Shown here piece after piece: positions 49,680-62,556 of a stretch of 64,000 nucleotides of DNA (position 1 is the stretch's first letter; every line of letters starts with the position of its first letter). This DNA is from Camelus ferus (lineage: Eukaryota), in the NCBI RefSeq assembly GCF_009834535.1, contig NC_045697.1:30878001-30942000 (forward strand), in the 5' to 3' direction. Both the position numbers and the translations under genes were made by a program. The notes under the pieces are model-generated. The model was not told the origin of the DNA. It worked only from the letters and a program-made list of their open reading frames with translations, and searched no databases.

Positions 49680-52260
49680 GGAGTATGCTGATAACACAAA
49701 TTAACAACAACAAAAAGAACCAAGTAGGAATATTATATTTACTATGGAAAAGAATTGACATAAATAACCAATTAGATGAAATAAATAGTGGGGTAACTAG
49801 AGCCAAACAATGAGTTTGTGATCAGGAAGACTGGAGTCAGAAATTCTTTCAGAAGGAGCAGTAAATAATGAAGAAGGAGGAAAATGTAGAACAGAAGTAT
49901 AAGCCCTTAAATTTGTATACCAAGCCCTTCCAGAAGGGGCAGAGGCAATAGAAGGGACAACATAGTTATGATAACATCTAAGAATTAAAGAAGGATGTAA
50001 GATTTCAGATTTAAAGGGCTCAGAGAGTGCCACACAGGTTATATATGGGGGAACTCTACATTTAGACACATTGTACCAGAAATTGACTGTATTTATACAA
50101 AGAGAAATTCAAAAGCTCATAGAGAAAGAACAGATCAACTGCCATAGAAAAGATCTGGTATCAGACTTCTGAATATCAATGCTGTAGATACGCATCAGAG
50201 AAGAAAACTTGATCTAATTAATGGAACGTGAGAAAGGAGAAAAAAGGTAAATGGGGAAAGTACAATATTGGAAAATATTAAAAAATAGTCCAAATATATA
50301 ATTTTATAGATGTAAATTGGTCATCTCACCAAGTAAAAGATAGATATTTAGATGATATTAAAAATAAAACATGAAAAATCAATAGCACATATTTAGATTC
50401 AACTTAGGCAAAAGATACAAGAAATTTGAAAATGAAAGGATACAAAATTATATGGGCCAATAAGAACTGAAAGAAAGAGTAGCAATCTTAATATCTGACT
50501 CCAGGTACATCAAAGCAAAACATATTGTATTGAAAAAATGGTGATGGTGACATTTACTGGTAAAGAAAGTAATAGAGCAAGACAGCACTTGTATAGATGC
50601 TTTAACAATATAGCTTCAAAATATACAAAGCAACAATGGCATAATGGTAGAGAGAAATATATATATCAACATATGTTGCAAGAGATTTTAACATACTTCC
50701 CTCATAAACTGATAAATAAATCAGATGAACAGTAACTAAATAGAGACATAGAAGAACTGAGTACTGCAATAAAAAAGCTTGAACTGTTTTAAATATATAG
50801 ATGTATGTATGTGTGCATTTATGTGTGTGTGCGTGCGTGTCTGTGTGGGTCTGTGTGATTACATTGGGTACCTGGATAATGCAGGACAATATCCCATGTC
50901 AATATTTTTAAGTTAATCACATCTGCAAAGTCCCTTTTGCCATGTGTCCTGGGTTGAATTGTGTCTCCCAAAAGGTGTACATAGACACAGAATGCATATG
51001 CACAAAACACAACTTAGTACTGAAGCAACTGAGAATAAAAGTGATCACGCAGATGATTTACAAAATGTGTTCTCACATGGAAAACTTACTAGGCCATAAA
51101 GGGAGCCTCAGTACATTCCAAGGAATCAATATCGTATGAACTACATTCTCTGATCACAATTGATTAACGCTAGAAATTTTAACGAAGAAAATAAGTATAG
51201 TTTACATAATCCTGAATGTCAGTTTTATATTAATAAACAATCCTTGGGCTAAACAGAAGATCATGAAGGGAATTATGAAATTTTAGGACTCAAACAACAA
51301 TAAAGTTTCATTTGTCATATTTGTAAGACGTGGCTAACAGTCCTTTGATGGAAATGTATAGTTTCAAATAAATTTACCAGAACACAGAGAGTTTGAAAAT
51401 GATTAAGCTAAACATTCAAGAAGTTGAAAATGTAACAGAGAAAATCCAAAGAAACAAACTGAAATAAACAAGGAAGGAGGAATTAATAACAATAAAGGAG
51501 AAATTGATAAAGAGTCAAAACTATAAAATGTTAACAAAACTAAGAGTCTGAGCAAGAAAAAGAAAAACCAAATGAAAACAGACACACACAATGAAAAAAA
51601 ATAACTACAGATATGACATAATTTAACTAAACAATATTATGAATAACTATATAAGATTTTGCTTGATAACTTGATAACTTATAAGAAGTCATTAAAAGTC
51701 ATTAGAAGTCTATTTGGAAAGATATAAAGTGCCCAAATTAGAAAAATTGATATAGGTCAGTAAGCAATACAGACATTAAAATGACCTTCCTCTTACCAAA
51801 ACTTTGTAGCCCCCAGTCTGTTTCACAAGGAATTTCTACTAAATTTTCAAGAAAAAACTAATCTTACAAATTTATTTCCAGAAAAGAAGCACTATCAGCT
51901 TATTTAATGAGATTAGTAGTACAGTCTTGATTCCAATACCAGATAAAGGCAATTACAAGAAAATTATAGCTCAATTTTACTTGTTAATGCACACTTCAGT
52001 GTTCTAAATTAAATATTAGCTAATCAAACATTTGATTATTAAACAGTAATTCATTATTCAGATCAAGGTTATCCCAGTAATCCCAGGTCTCAACAGAGAA
52101 TTTGCCATATTAATAGACAAAAAAGAAAAAGAAAGTAATAAGGCTATTTAAATTAATGCAGATAAAGCATTTGATAAATGTAAACACCTAGTTATTAAAT
52201 CAATTAAATAATACATATAGAAATATGTTAAAAGTTAGAGGGGCTATCCTAACGTAATAT
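49680..52260 (+). mobile_element. Highly degenerate old L1 ORF1/ORF2 segment
   Basis: 'tcagacttct', 'attctctgatcacaat', 'aatgcagataaagcatttgataaa'; A-rich. Confidence 0.8.
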
Positions 52261-54727
52261 GGTGTAAGATCTACAACTAGATTAGAGTTTTGTTAATGGC
52301 TTGGTCCCATCGCTTAGTTCACTGTGCTTTTATTGAAGTTGCTCTTCCAACCCCAGAAGGCCATTAAGGAAGGCAGCAAGAATTTTGCTGAAGCATAAAA
52401 TGACTGGGCAGAAAATAGTCAAAGCAGAGGATGGGTTTTAGCTGCAGCTTTTCAAATAGCCTAGGGCATAGTGGGGTGAGAACCAGGAAAATCAATATGA
52501 AAATATCTATAAGCCAAGACATAGGCCATTAGTTGCCTGGACATATTTACTCATTCATTTCCTAAACAATAAATCCCTCTAACTTAATTGTTGCTCTTAT
52601 AAAAATAGTCGAACTTCTGGGAAAAAAATCCTACTCTTTCAGTAGGAAAAAGATCCTACTTCTCAGCCACAATCACAGTTAACACTTTGGTATATAGCCA
52701 AATGCATATACCGTGGAGGAGAAAAAAAAATCCATAACCATAGTGGACAGACTGTCTGTTTTGTTAACCAAAGACTTAAAAATGACTTACTAGGACTTTA
52801 AACTCTCTGGGTTCAGCAAGTGTTTAAAGATGAACTTTTCCCTCACGAGGTTCTCAGAGACCCCCATCACATATTTAGGAACTTCTCACTTGTAGTTCTC
52901 TTGTAGTAAGTGATGCCCACTCCTCTCACTCTCTCCTCAGCTGCTAGGAATCTAGCATTTATGTAAGTCCCATGGCCCTTCCTAGTGGGTTCTGCTGGGT
53001 AGGACATAATACAAACCTTCATAGGTTCTCTCTTTGGTGCGTGACCCGTATCTGGATGCCTTGGAATCCTTGATGTACCCTTTGACCTGATAAGCTCTGG
53101 AGTAGAGGTAGACCTCACAGTCCTTGGGTTCATTCATCAACAGCTAATCACCTTGCCTCCAGCTCTTTATATCTGTCAGGTGGGAGTCAGACTCCAGTCA
53201 CTGGGTTCCCATCCTGCGTACATATGAAGCTGCTTCAGTCGTACCAGTGAAGCTCCTCTAACGAGCTCTCAGGTGAGCATGGGCACGTTAAACCTCTCCA
53301 TTAGTGGCAGTTTATTACCTGAGAAGTCAACTTCAGAAATTTTCTCCCCATTGAAAGATTCAAGCATTTAGTCACCTTTTCCCTATGAACTATATCTCAG
53401 GGCAGTCAAATAGTTTATGAGGGTGAGTTTCTCTCTATAAAATTATGACAGTCAATAAAGAAAAAAGGAACAATAGGATGGGATTATCCCCTGTTGGTGA
53501 ACCTTCAGTGATATCATGGGTCTACGAAATGATCGTTTATAGCGGTAACCACCACAAGAAGAGAAACTACTAAACATTACATACTTCTTGATAGAAATAT
53601 ACGCCACCACTTCTAAGTATTCTTGCCAAAATTCTTGAAACAGATCAAGCCTCTAGATTTAACTACCAGCTTATGGGAAATACAGGGAATAGACGAACAT
53701 GTTAAAAGACAGCGTGGGGAAGCAGCCATTAAAATCTACAGTGTGGAAAATTTATTGGACAAATGTTTGTTTTTTTTTTTAACAAATTTCAAAAGGGGAA
53801 AGGTGGGCATGGAAAAATCTTAAGGGATTTAAGAAACTGGTCAAATGCAATGTATGATTCTTATTTGAATCCTGATTCAAACTGAACAGTCGTGGACATT
53901 GGATACTGACTGTTTATTTGATGATATTAAGGAATTATGGTTAATAATTTGGATGTGATAGTGAATGACACCATGACTGTGTTTGAAAAAAAAAGACCCT
54001 TATATTTAAAGGTATACAATGAAGTATTTACAGATAAATCGATACTGATGTTTGAGGTTTGTGTCAAAATAATGCTAAGAAACTTGAACCCAAGCAGTTT
54101 CTTCCAAAGCATAATGATGAAGTTATTCTGTAAAGAAATAAATGTGGAGAAATAAGGGATTTGTCAAGGAAGTAAGAATTGCCCAGGTTTTGTTGGTCTT
54201 TGTGGCCATGTAGGGATAATCAGAGATAAGCTTAGAAAGGTGGGTTAGGGTCAAAGCTTGGAGGTCCTTGGAAAATAGGCTAAGGAACTTTAAAATAAAT
54301 CATTATTTCAATATGTAGAGTATCATAATGTTATGTAACAAAACTTTGTGATAGATTTAGTGCTAATTTAAGTGCTAATTACCACAGTTTGTCAAAATAT
54401 TAGAAACTCCTTTTGATAGAGGATGAATTTTGAAAACATTAGACCTATGAAATTTGAACAATGAATTTTGATGACTTTTTTTTTCTTAATGGTGATAGGA
54501 ACACTTTTTAAAATAATTAATTTTGGTCACCTAGATTATAAATTTTTAGTCTTAAAGCCCTAGGAGAACTAGAGTTAAAAGATAATATACTTGCTCTATG
54601 TCCTCTAGAGAAATTTTGGACCCACAAGGTTTCCTAGTGTTATGATTACCAAACCATTATATTAATGTCTCAGTGCCTCCTGGTGATAGTATATTGAAAT
54701 TGCATTTTGAATCTTTGTGCCTGTTAG

Positions 54728-54904
54728 AAGCAGCTTTTATAACTGAAATTTCATAACAGGCTGTAAGATTGTAACAAACATACTACTCTATATCCAGAGT
54801 TCCTAAATTATGAATTACATTAAAAAAAAAACCTATTTCTAGTTGGAGACACTCATCCTGCATCATAGATATCATATAAATTTGAATGTTCTTTGATTTG
54901 ATCT
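54728..54904 (+). pseudogene. Fossil exon, Ig N-terminal half
   Basis: cctgttag| AAFITEIS*QAVRL*QTYYSISRVPKL*ITLKK, then (shifted) RYHINLN, |gtaaga. Matches 'P.FI....Q.V ... SG.PKP.I.W.K'. Confidence 0.4.
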
Positions 54905-55189
54905 GTAAGATTTATTTAAGTGCCAGGGTCAAGACTTCACATGCTAGCTAATCCAACTGTTCAACCAGGTTTAAGCCCCTTACAGTAGGCAACAAGGATT
55001 TCCAAAAGGAGATGCAGGTTGGTTACAGACTTGCAAAAGGGCTCAGATACATGGGTTCTAGAGTAAGTTCCCGATCCTAGTAACTGAGTGACTGCTGAGA
55101 ACGTGAAAGAGTCAGCAGGGCAGATGTGGATTACTAATAGGTTTTGTTTACAAGAAAATGCTATGTATAATATTTTTGGCCTCAATTTG

Positions 55190-55200
55190 TATAGATAGAT

Positions 55201-55249
<49 letters not shown>

Positions 55250-55258
55250 TGATTGATT
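55190..55258 (+). repeat. (TAGA)n microsatellite grading to (TTGA)n
   Basis: Direct reading. Confidence 0.97.
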
Positions 55259-57500
55259 TTGATGCACATTTAATTTATATTTACCTTACTTCTCCGTGAT
55301 GTTTGGACTTTTTGACAACACATTTCTTTGGGAAATTCTCTCTTTTGTTTTACGTGGCCCAATTTATTTTCCTTTTCTAGGCTCTTTTCTTCTGGGGCAT
55401 CATCTTGAGTGTCAGTATTCCTCAGAGTTCCATCCTTGATGCTCTATCTCATTCTATGTATTCTTTCTAAGGTGGCAATCTAACATCACACTTAGAAGCA
55501 CTGGGCTTTGAGTTAAAGGAACTTTGAATACTGGCTCTGCCATTTCCTGCTTTGTGATCTTGTGCAACTTGATACCTTCAGTCTCAATTTCCTCATCGGA
55601 AAAAATGAGCCTCTTACCTCCCAGTTGACATTTTGAAATGAGAAATTGTGTAAAGCCCTTACCATAGTGCTGGGCACTTAAAGGTGGTGAATAAATAGTA
55701 CTTATGATTATCCATTTTGCCAATTTCAAATAACATGTTTATGATTTTAGATCTTCAGCTAACGCTCCTCTGTTGAGCCCCAAACCTCTGTACGTACAAT
55801 CTATTTCAGTGGTTTTAAGTGCCAATTTGTGGTCTGTTGTGAGTCAGTGATGAGGGGATTACGTTGGTAAAGGGGAATTGAAATAAAAAGTAAGGCCATT
55901 TTAGTAGAGTTTTAAAATGAAGTCAAGTTTACTTAATTTAATAAGTTGCCTTTTATATTAAGATTCATTCCTTAATTTTTGGTGTTGGAATATCCTTTAA
56001 TAAAAATGAAATATTTATATTAGTGGATGATAGTTTTTTTAAAAAACATATCCTGATTTAGCAAAATGAAAAATTGGCAGTCTTAAATTGGTTCCACATA
56101 TTTATTTGGAAATCTTGCTGGTGTGTGAAATCTGAAAGCTTAGGAGCCTCTGATCTGTTGGACAGCTTTGCTTGAATAAACCATGAACACCTCAAATTTG
56201 ACACTGTGAAAAGTATATTTGTTACCACCTTCTCCCCCCTCCCCTGCCACAAAAACCAACTCTTCTTTATTACATATCCTAAAAGATGTCATAACGATCC
56301 ATCCCAGTTGGTTGCCAGGCATCTGTGAGTTATCCTCAAACCCTCCATGGTGCTGATACCCTTAAAATCAATTGACTGCTAAATCCTTCAGACTCTCTCT
56401 TGATATTTCTTGATTCATACCCAATGCCACTGTTGTAATTTTTCGTTGAGATTACTTACTTTCTACTTCCAGACTCTCTTTATTTTAATCCATTCTGCCC
56501 TAAGCTGCCAGAATGATCTTTTACTTCCTTGCCTAAAATCCCCCAAGGGCTTCCTATCTCCCTTGGGATTAAATTTTCCGTGCAGCCAAAAAACTCCTTC
56601 CCTTCCCATCTGCTGCTTCTCCCTCACAGGGATCGCTCACTGAGCCTGCCAAAATTAACTCTTTGCTTCCCTATTGCCTTGCAATTTTTGCACATCCAGT
56701 TCCATCTGCTGGTAATTATCCTCTTCTCATCTAGACAATTCTAATTAGCCCTTCAAGATTCTGTTCAAGTTTCTACCTTCCCAAGCCTTCCCAGACACCC
56801 CCAGCTGCATTTTGCATCTCTCTTCTCTGTCCCCAAAGTTTTGTGATAGCACTCTACCATAATGTCACTTTTGGGTACATAACTAGGTTTCATTTTCATC
56901 TGTGGAAACTGATGGTGAGAATCACACCTTCCACCTCAGTGTTTCAGTACTTAATACAGTCCCTGATACATTGTAGGTGCTCAGTAACTGCTGGCTGCAT
57001 GATTATAAGCTTAACATCAGCTAGTTAATGATTCTGATAGACTGTGTTTTGGTTGCTGAGAAAATCCCCGCAGATCAAAGTGTTAATAGAAAAATGATAG
57101 AAGGATATAGTTATTGTATTTTTTATAAACTCTCTACTCAGGAAATCAAGGCAGATGTCTAAAAACTGTGTTTCACGTGTTGCCACTTTTTATACTATTT
57201 TTTCATTGTTGAATAAACGTGTGGCTGAGGGCACACCTGAGGGATGCTCGCAGGGAGGAGAATGGTGTCTCTTAGCATGGCTACACATTCCCAGGCTCCA
57301 GCTCTGCTCCTCAACCAGGATTTGTTTGTAAATGTGGAATGTGTCCTCTCCTTTTATGTCCTTAAGTATGTCTTCTTTGCTGTGTGTTAACAACCAGAAG
57401 TGTAAATTTGAAAAAAGATTATCAAGTAAGATCATCAGACAGCTTGTCTTCTTGTGGAAAATTTCTAAAATCTTAATAGTCATCCATTATTTTCTTAAAG

Positions 57501-57735
57501 GATGGTCCTTGTCAATTACACCTCAAGATTCAGAGAGGACCCAGCGTGGTATCCATTGCTCAGCCATAACTGTGCCCTTCACCACAGTCATGCTGTCCAG
57601 AGGGGCATATGAGGAAAAGAAGCACCCCCTCCCACTCAGAGAGGGCAGTTGAGCTTGATGAAAAGGCTTCTTATCTAAGCCTGATCCAAGGCTTAATTTT
57701 TTTTATAATCTCGTACATCATATGTGTTCTTGATG
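57501..57735 (+). pseudogene. Fossil exon, Ig domain
   Basis: tattttcttaaag acceptor. Open frame (part of ORF 57332-57652) LSITPQDSERTQRGIHCSAITVPFTTVMLSRG matches I-set 'I.P.D......IHC.A.G.P...V.W.R'. Confidence 0.5.
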
Positions 57736-58340
57736 GTATATAAATGCTCACACTGTTTCAGTTAGGATATGTCGGTTTGCAATTAATAAACACCCAACTG
57801 AGCATTTTGGACGTTTTATTCTCTTATATTACAGAGTCTGGAGGAGGCAGTACATCTAGTTCATCAGTGCAGGGATGTCATCAAGGACCCAATGTCTTTG
57901 CACCTTTCTTTTCTTGAGCACATTTAATTTTTGTCCTCCTTTATTGCATCATGGTGGCAAGATGGCTGCTGACGTTCTAAGCATCATTGTGACACACCAT
58001 TATCTGAAACAGGAAGGAATCAAAAGGAAACATTAAGGTCATGATTAGTAAGACTAATCTATGATTCAGTCCTTGGGGCAGGGCGCATTGTCAACCCAAA
58101 CATAAGTGGGCTTCTGTAGCAAGAGAGAGGGGAGAAAATGGCTGTTGGGCAGGCAGCTAACACTGTCTGCTTCCTACACTCCTTCCCTTTTAACTTTGAG
58201 AAATGGAATAGTGTCACATCACGGCTCCACTTTGGAGTGTTACTTCTGTGTTTGGACCCAGAACAATTTTTTTTCTTCTCCGTTTTCTCCTCTTTACTCC
58301 ACAATTTATAACAAGTTGTACTATATATTTTACTACTATA

Positions 58341-58430
58341 TGTTGGGTTGAATGACACAAATTTATCAATGTTAACATATTTTCACACAAAAATTTTGCA
58401 CAAAAAAATTTCGCACAATTGACCCAAATA
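58341..58430. mobile_element. MADE2-like mariner-derived miniature inverted-repeat element
   Basis: Imperfect inverted ends tgttgggttgaa...aaattt / aattt...ttgacccaaata, about 90 bp, TA-flanked. Confidence 0.6.
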
Positions 58431-58853
58431 ATTTGGGGTTAATAGAAAATGAATAATAATTGTGGACAGTAAGTGAATAAAAGTTGCTTAAAGCCACCAG
58501 AAAATGTTTTTAAAAATGAAAAAAATCTAATTTGCAATTTAAACCAGTGAAAGATTCATATTGGATATTTGCATTTGGAAAAAAAGAAAAAGTCACCTGC
58601 TAATCACATTTAATCACATTGCTAGAGACTGACAATGATGGACAAGGAGATGTCCATTTTTATTTCCTAAATTTGAGGGAGCTACCCAGTCATGTCCTGC
58701 AGAGAGAAAATGTATTACCTGATGACTTTCTTTAGTAGTGTGAACCACCATTTACCTATGCCTTCTCTCAGTCCCTGCTGGGATTATCCCAGTGGCTGCA
58801 CACATATTCAAAAAGACATGGAACTCATTGGAGAAGAATGAATCTTCCTACAG

Positions 58854-59030
58854 TAGAATACTTACAATTAAAAAAAGATGAGTGGAAAAAGACAGCAGAG
58901 AGGAGAAAGACAAGATAAGTGTCTCAAACACCTGAACATGGAGAAGATCCAGCACTTTGCAGGGGCTGTAGCCAGACTTTGTAACAGGAGAGGAAGTCAT
59001 CTGGAAAATGGCATTTCTCACACACCAGCT
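58854..59030 (+). pseudogene. Exon-like segment, domain unclear
   Basis: tcttcctacag| ... |gtaagt, 177 nt, purine-rich unique sequence. No confident domain motif. Confidence 0.3.
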
Positions 59031-59571
59031 GTAAGTCAATCTCCTGGCTACGAGTATCAAGTTAAACAACCCTTGCAGGTCTCTCATTTCTATGACTGTA
59101 ATAAGATTCCATCAACAGAATCATTCTTTTGTTCAGTGGTTTCCCACCTGCTGCTCACGTCCTGTTAAAGTCATCTTCTCCAAAGTCTTACCCATCAAGT
59201 TTCATATGCTTAGTCCCAAATGTCCCTTTGGTAGAAGAAATAGATTAATAGGATCTGAGGTGCAGCCAAATAAGAAATAAAGCTGAGTCATGATTATTAA
59301 CATGGAAGTTATTTAACAGCTGGAAAGGACACCGTGAGAACTCTTGAGGAAGTTAAGAAATGGGAGGAAAGAAAGAGGACTAAATACAAATACAAAAATG
59401 GCAAAAAAGAAGTGAAGATCTTTAGAAAATAAGGGAGTGAAAAAACCAGCTGTGTTACACACAGGACAACAGCAAAGTGAAAAAAAAGAATTGTCCTAGT
59501 TGGGAAAATGTAGATTACAGTTCTAGCTTCACTAATTACTCATGTAATTTTGAACAAGCCACTTAATCTTT

Positions 59572-60028
59572 ACTTCTTAAAAATAGCTTTATTAAAATAT
59601 CATTTACATCCTATCTCATCCACCCATTTGAAGTGTACAATTCAATGCTTCATAATATATTCACAGAATTATACAATTGTCATAATCTTAGGGAGCATTT
59701 CATTATCCACAGAGAAACCTAATAGCAGTTGCTCTGTTCACTCTGCCCCAAAACCTGTTAACCACTTAACTACATTCTGTCTCTATAGATTTGCCCATTT
59801 TGGAGATTTCGTATAAATTTCACTTAATGAAATGTTTTCAAGGTTCATCCGTGCTGTAACATGTATTGGTACTTCATGCCTTCTTATTGCCAAATAATAT
59901 TCCATTATATGGATATACCACATTTTATTTATCCATTTAGCAGTTGGTAGGTATTTGAGTTTTCCCTTCTTTTTAGGTATTATGGATAGTGCTGCTATGA
60001 GTATTTATGTAAATGCTTTTGTAAACCT
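59572..60028 (-). mobile_element. L1MB-type 3' end inserted into a MIR
   Basis: 'atagctttatt...cacccatttgaagtgtacaattcaatg'; cttaatcttt duplicated at 59562-59571 and 60029-60038. Confidence 0.85.
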
Positions 60029-60504
60029 CTTAATCTTTCCATGGCCTCATCTGTAGAACAAAATTAGGAGTTTATGCTTTATGTTTTTATCATTTTAGAT
60101 TTCTAATTGATTTATGACATAGACATCGAAGAATACTGTTTTCAGCTGATATTCCTAGCAAAACAATTAGCAATAGTGTTTACTGCATTTCCCTTTCAGT
60201 TGATAACTAGATGAGAGCTCTTTAAATATCTGTTAATTAACAGACCATTTAATTTTCTTTTGTATTCATTTATTTATCCATCTATTCATTCATCAAGTAT
60301 TTACCAAATGCTTACAAGAACTGATAATGTGCTATTTCCACAAGATACATAATGGTGAATAATAGAGAACTCGCTCATAAAGAATTTATAATCTGGTAGA
60401 GAAGAGAGGGGCATGTATAAAAATCCATAAAATACATGATAGAAAGTGAAAATGACATTTATTGAGACTCAGATACAGCCTCAGTGAGTTCAAAGTACAA
60501 GTCT

Positions 60505-61080
60505 TTGCCTACCATGATGTTTCAACAAATTCTTTGTTGTTGAAATGAAATTCTTTGTTGAAATGATCTAGGGAAAGACTTAATTTAAATAGAGAAAATG
60601 GAAAGGTTGCAAGTAGGAGGTATTTGCTATTGAGAGGTGCTGTTGTTGTAGATGTTACAGCAATGTGTAATAATTGCCAAAGAGATCTGGGAGTGGTGGT
60701 AGCAGCTAGTTGCAGAAGCTCCAACATGTGTCTTATGGAGCTGTGTGGTTATACTTTAGCACAAAGCAAATCACCCTACATTGCTATCCAGTTAGTTTGA
60801 ATATACCCTGGATTTCAACATCTTTCTTTTGAAATGACTGTTGCCTTGCCTTTTACATCAGTCTGGATTTCTGTTTTAAAAGACTTATAAAGGATGTAAC
60901 ATCTAAAGTTGTAACATGATAAAGGAAATTCACTTTGTTAACTCATTAGGCATCATAATCTAGTCAGTATTTTATGAATACTTCCAGTAGTTAGTGTCAT
61001 GGAATATTGCTGGATGCCATGCTTCCTTCTCTTATAACCAGTGACAACATTTGATACACTGAGCAACTTTTGCTTATTTG
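60505..61080 (+). pseudogene. Fossil large exon, tandem SEA-like domains
   Basis: Stop-free frame ~60567-60797 contains RYLLLRGAVVVDVTAM (60633-60656 = RGAVVVDV; compare SEA G-S-V-V-V). It continues in frame with FEMTVALPFTSVWISVLKDL, like the start of a second SEA. Confidence 0.5.
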
Positions 61081-61935
61081 GTTAATTTATGAAAGATAAT
61101 ACAAATAGTGATACAAAGTTTACTGATTTCACATTGACTTGAAATAATCTTGGTCAACATAGTTTATGAAATGGGTTCATTCCAATCATAACCATTGACC
61201 ATCCATTTCCTTTCCTGAAAAGCAATAAAAGAATGTACTAATTTGTAATCAGAATGTGATGAGACACTACATCCATGAATATTAGAATCTATCAAGAGGA
61301 CCTTTTTGGTATGGTACCAATTAATCAGTCATTATTCCTTTGTACTTGTACTGAAGAGAGCACAGAAGACATCATGAAGGAAGTGAGACAGCAGCTGAAT
61401 TTTGGAGAAAAATCAAAGCTGAAGATGGGTTTCACTATGAATTCATGTTCTTTACACTTAAGTCCACACCTCCCATCCCCCATCTCCAAAAATTCTTACC
61501 ACAATTTATCTGGTCAGTTTCCTCTATACTTCTCTAGGGGAGCCATTCCAAACTTCTCCTCTTTTCTCAAAGATCCAACCCCATCAACCTTGTTGCTGTC
61601 AACTCCACCCTCATACAATGACTTACAATGACTTTAATTTAAAGATAATAAAGAAAATTCAATTCATTTTGTGAGAAGCTCCTTAAATTCCTTCCAACAT
61701 ACAAGCAACCTTATAACTACACTCATCACCCTTCTATCCTCCTGTTACAATTGAAGGGCATCTTTCATCTCAAAGGCTTATCTTTCCCTGAAAGCTCTAG
61801 CTCTCTTCCTGAGCTAGATATTCTCCATCAGCCCCTCTGTGTCCACTTTCCACAATTTTCTGCCCTGCTTTATGTCCCAGGAGAGTGATCTAGAGGACCT
61901 ACATAAAGGCTCTTTTGCCCTCTGGTGTCAGATAA

Positions 61936-62080
61936 AATTTATTTATTTAATTCAATTTTTTTTGGTGGGAGAGAGGTAGTTAGGTTGGTTGGTTTGTTTT
62001 TAAAGGAGGTACTGGGGATTGAACCCAGGACCTTGTGCATGCTAAGCATGTGCTCTACCACTTGAGCTATACACTCCCCC
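61936..62080 (-). mobile_element. Camelid tRNA-Ala-derived SINE (Vic-1-like), inside an old ERVL-type LTR (~61840-62435)
   Basis: The minus strand reads GGGGGAGTGTATAGCTCAAGTGGTAGAGCACATGCTTAGCATGCACAAGGTCCTGGGTTCAATCCCCAGTACCTCC (A and B boxes), followed by an A-rich tail. Confidence 0.88.
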
Positions 62081-62556
62081 CAGATTGGATTTAGCCAGTG
62101 GAAATCACCAGAGATCAGTGAGCAGGAAAATGAGGAATATTCATTCCTTTAGTATCCTTCTTCCCAGGCTGAGAGGTTGGCAGTGGATGAAGTCCACGGC
62201 ACTTACACTGGGAAGTTGGTTCCTACAGCTACATGTCTCAAAGGGTAATGTTAACCATTTGCTCCATTATCAGACCTAGTGGAGCTACCTGTTGCCGATC
62301 CCAGTGGCATGTCATCATCTTTGGTTTCTTTTTCTTAATTCTGTCCATAATTTCATAAGTGGATTCTTCATTAACTCACTAAACTCACTTTTTTTTTTAA
62401 CGTTTCTGCTCCTTGCCACGACCTTGAGGGACACACTTCCTCTCCTACTTCCTCAGCAACTATTCTCTGTCAAGAGAAATCATGCAAAAGTTGGAAATGA
62501 GGCCAAAAGGTGAACAGAAAGTCCCATTACTGTCATATGAGGTCATTGTTTTTCAG

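Noticed and set aside
60509..60727. Minus-strand 72-aa Thr-rich ORF
   Set aside because: Antisense shadow of the plus-strand Val-rich SEA-like frame.
62003..62080. Possible tRNA-Ala gene
   Set aside because: It has a SINE-type tail and diverged stems, and it interrupts an LTR; it is a SINE head.
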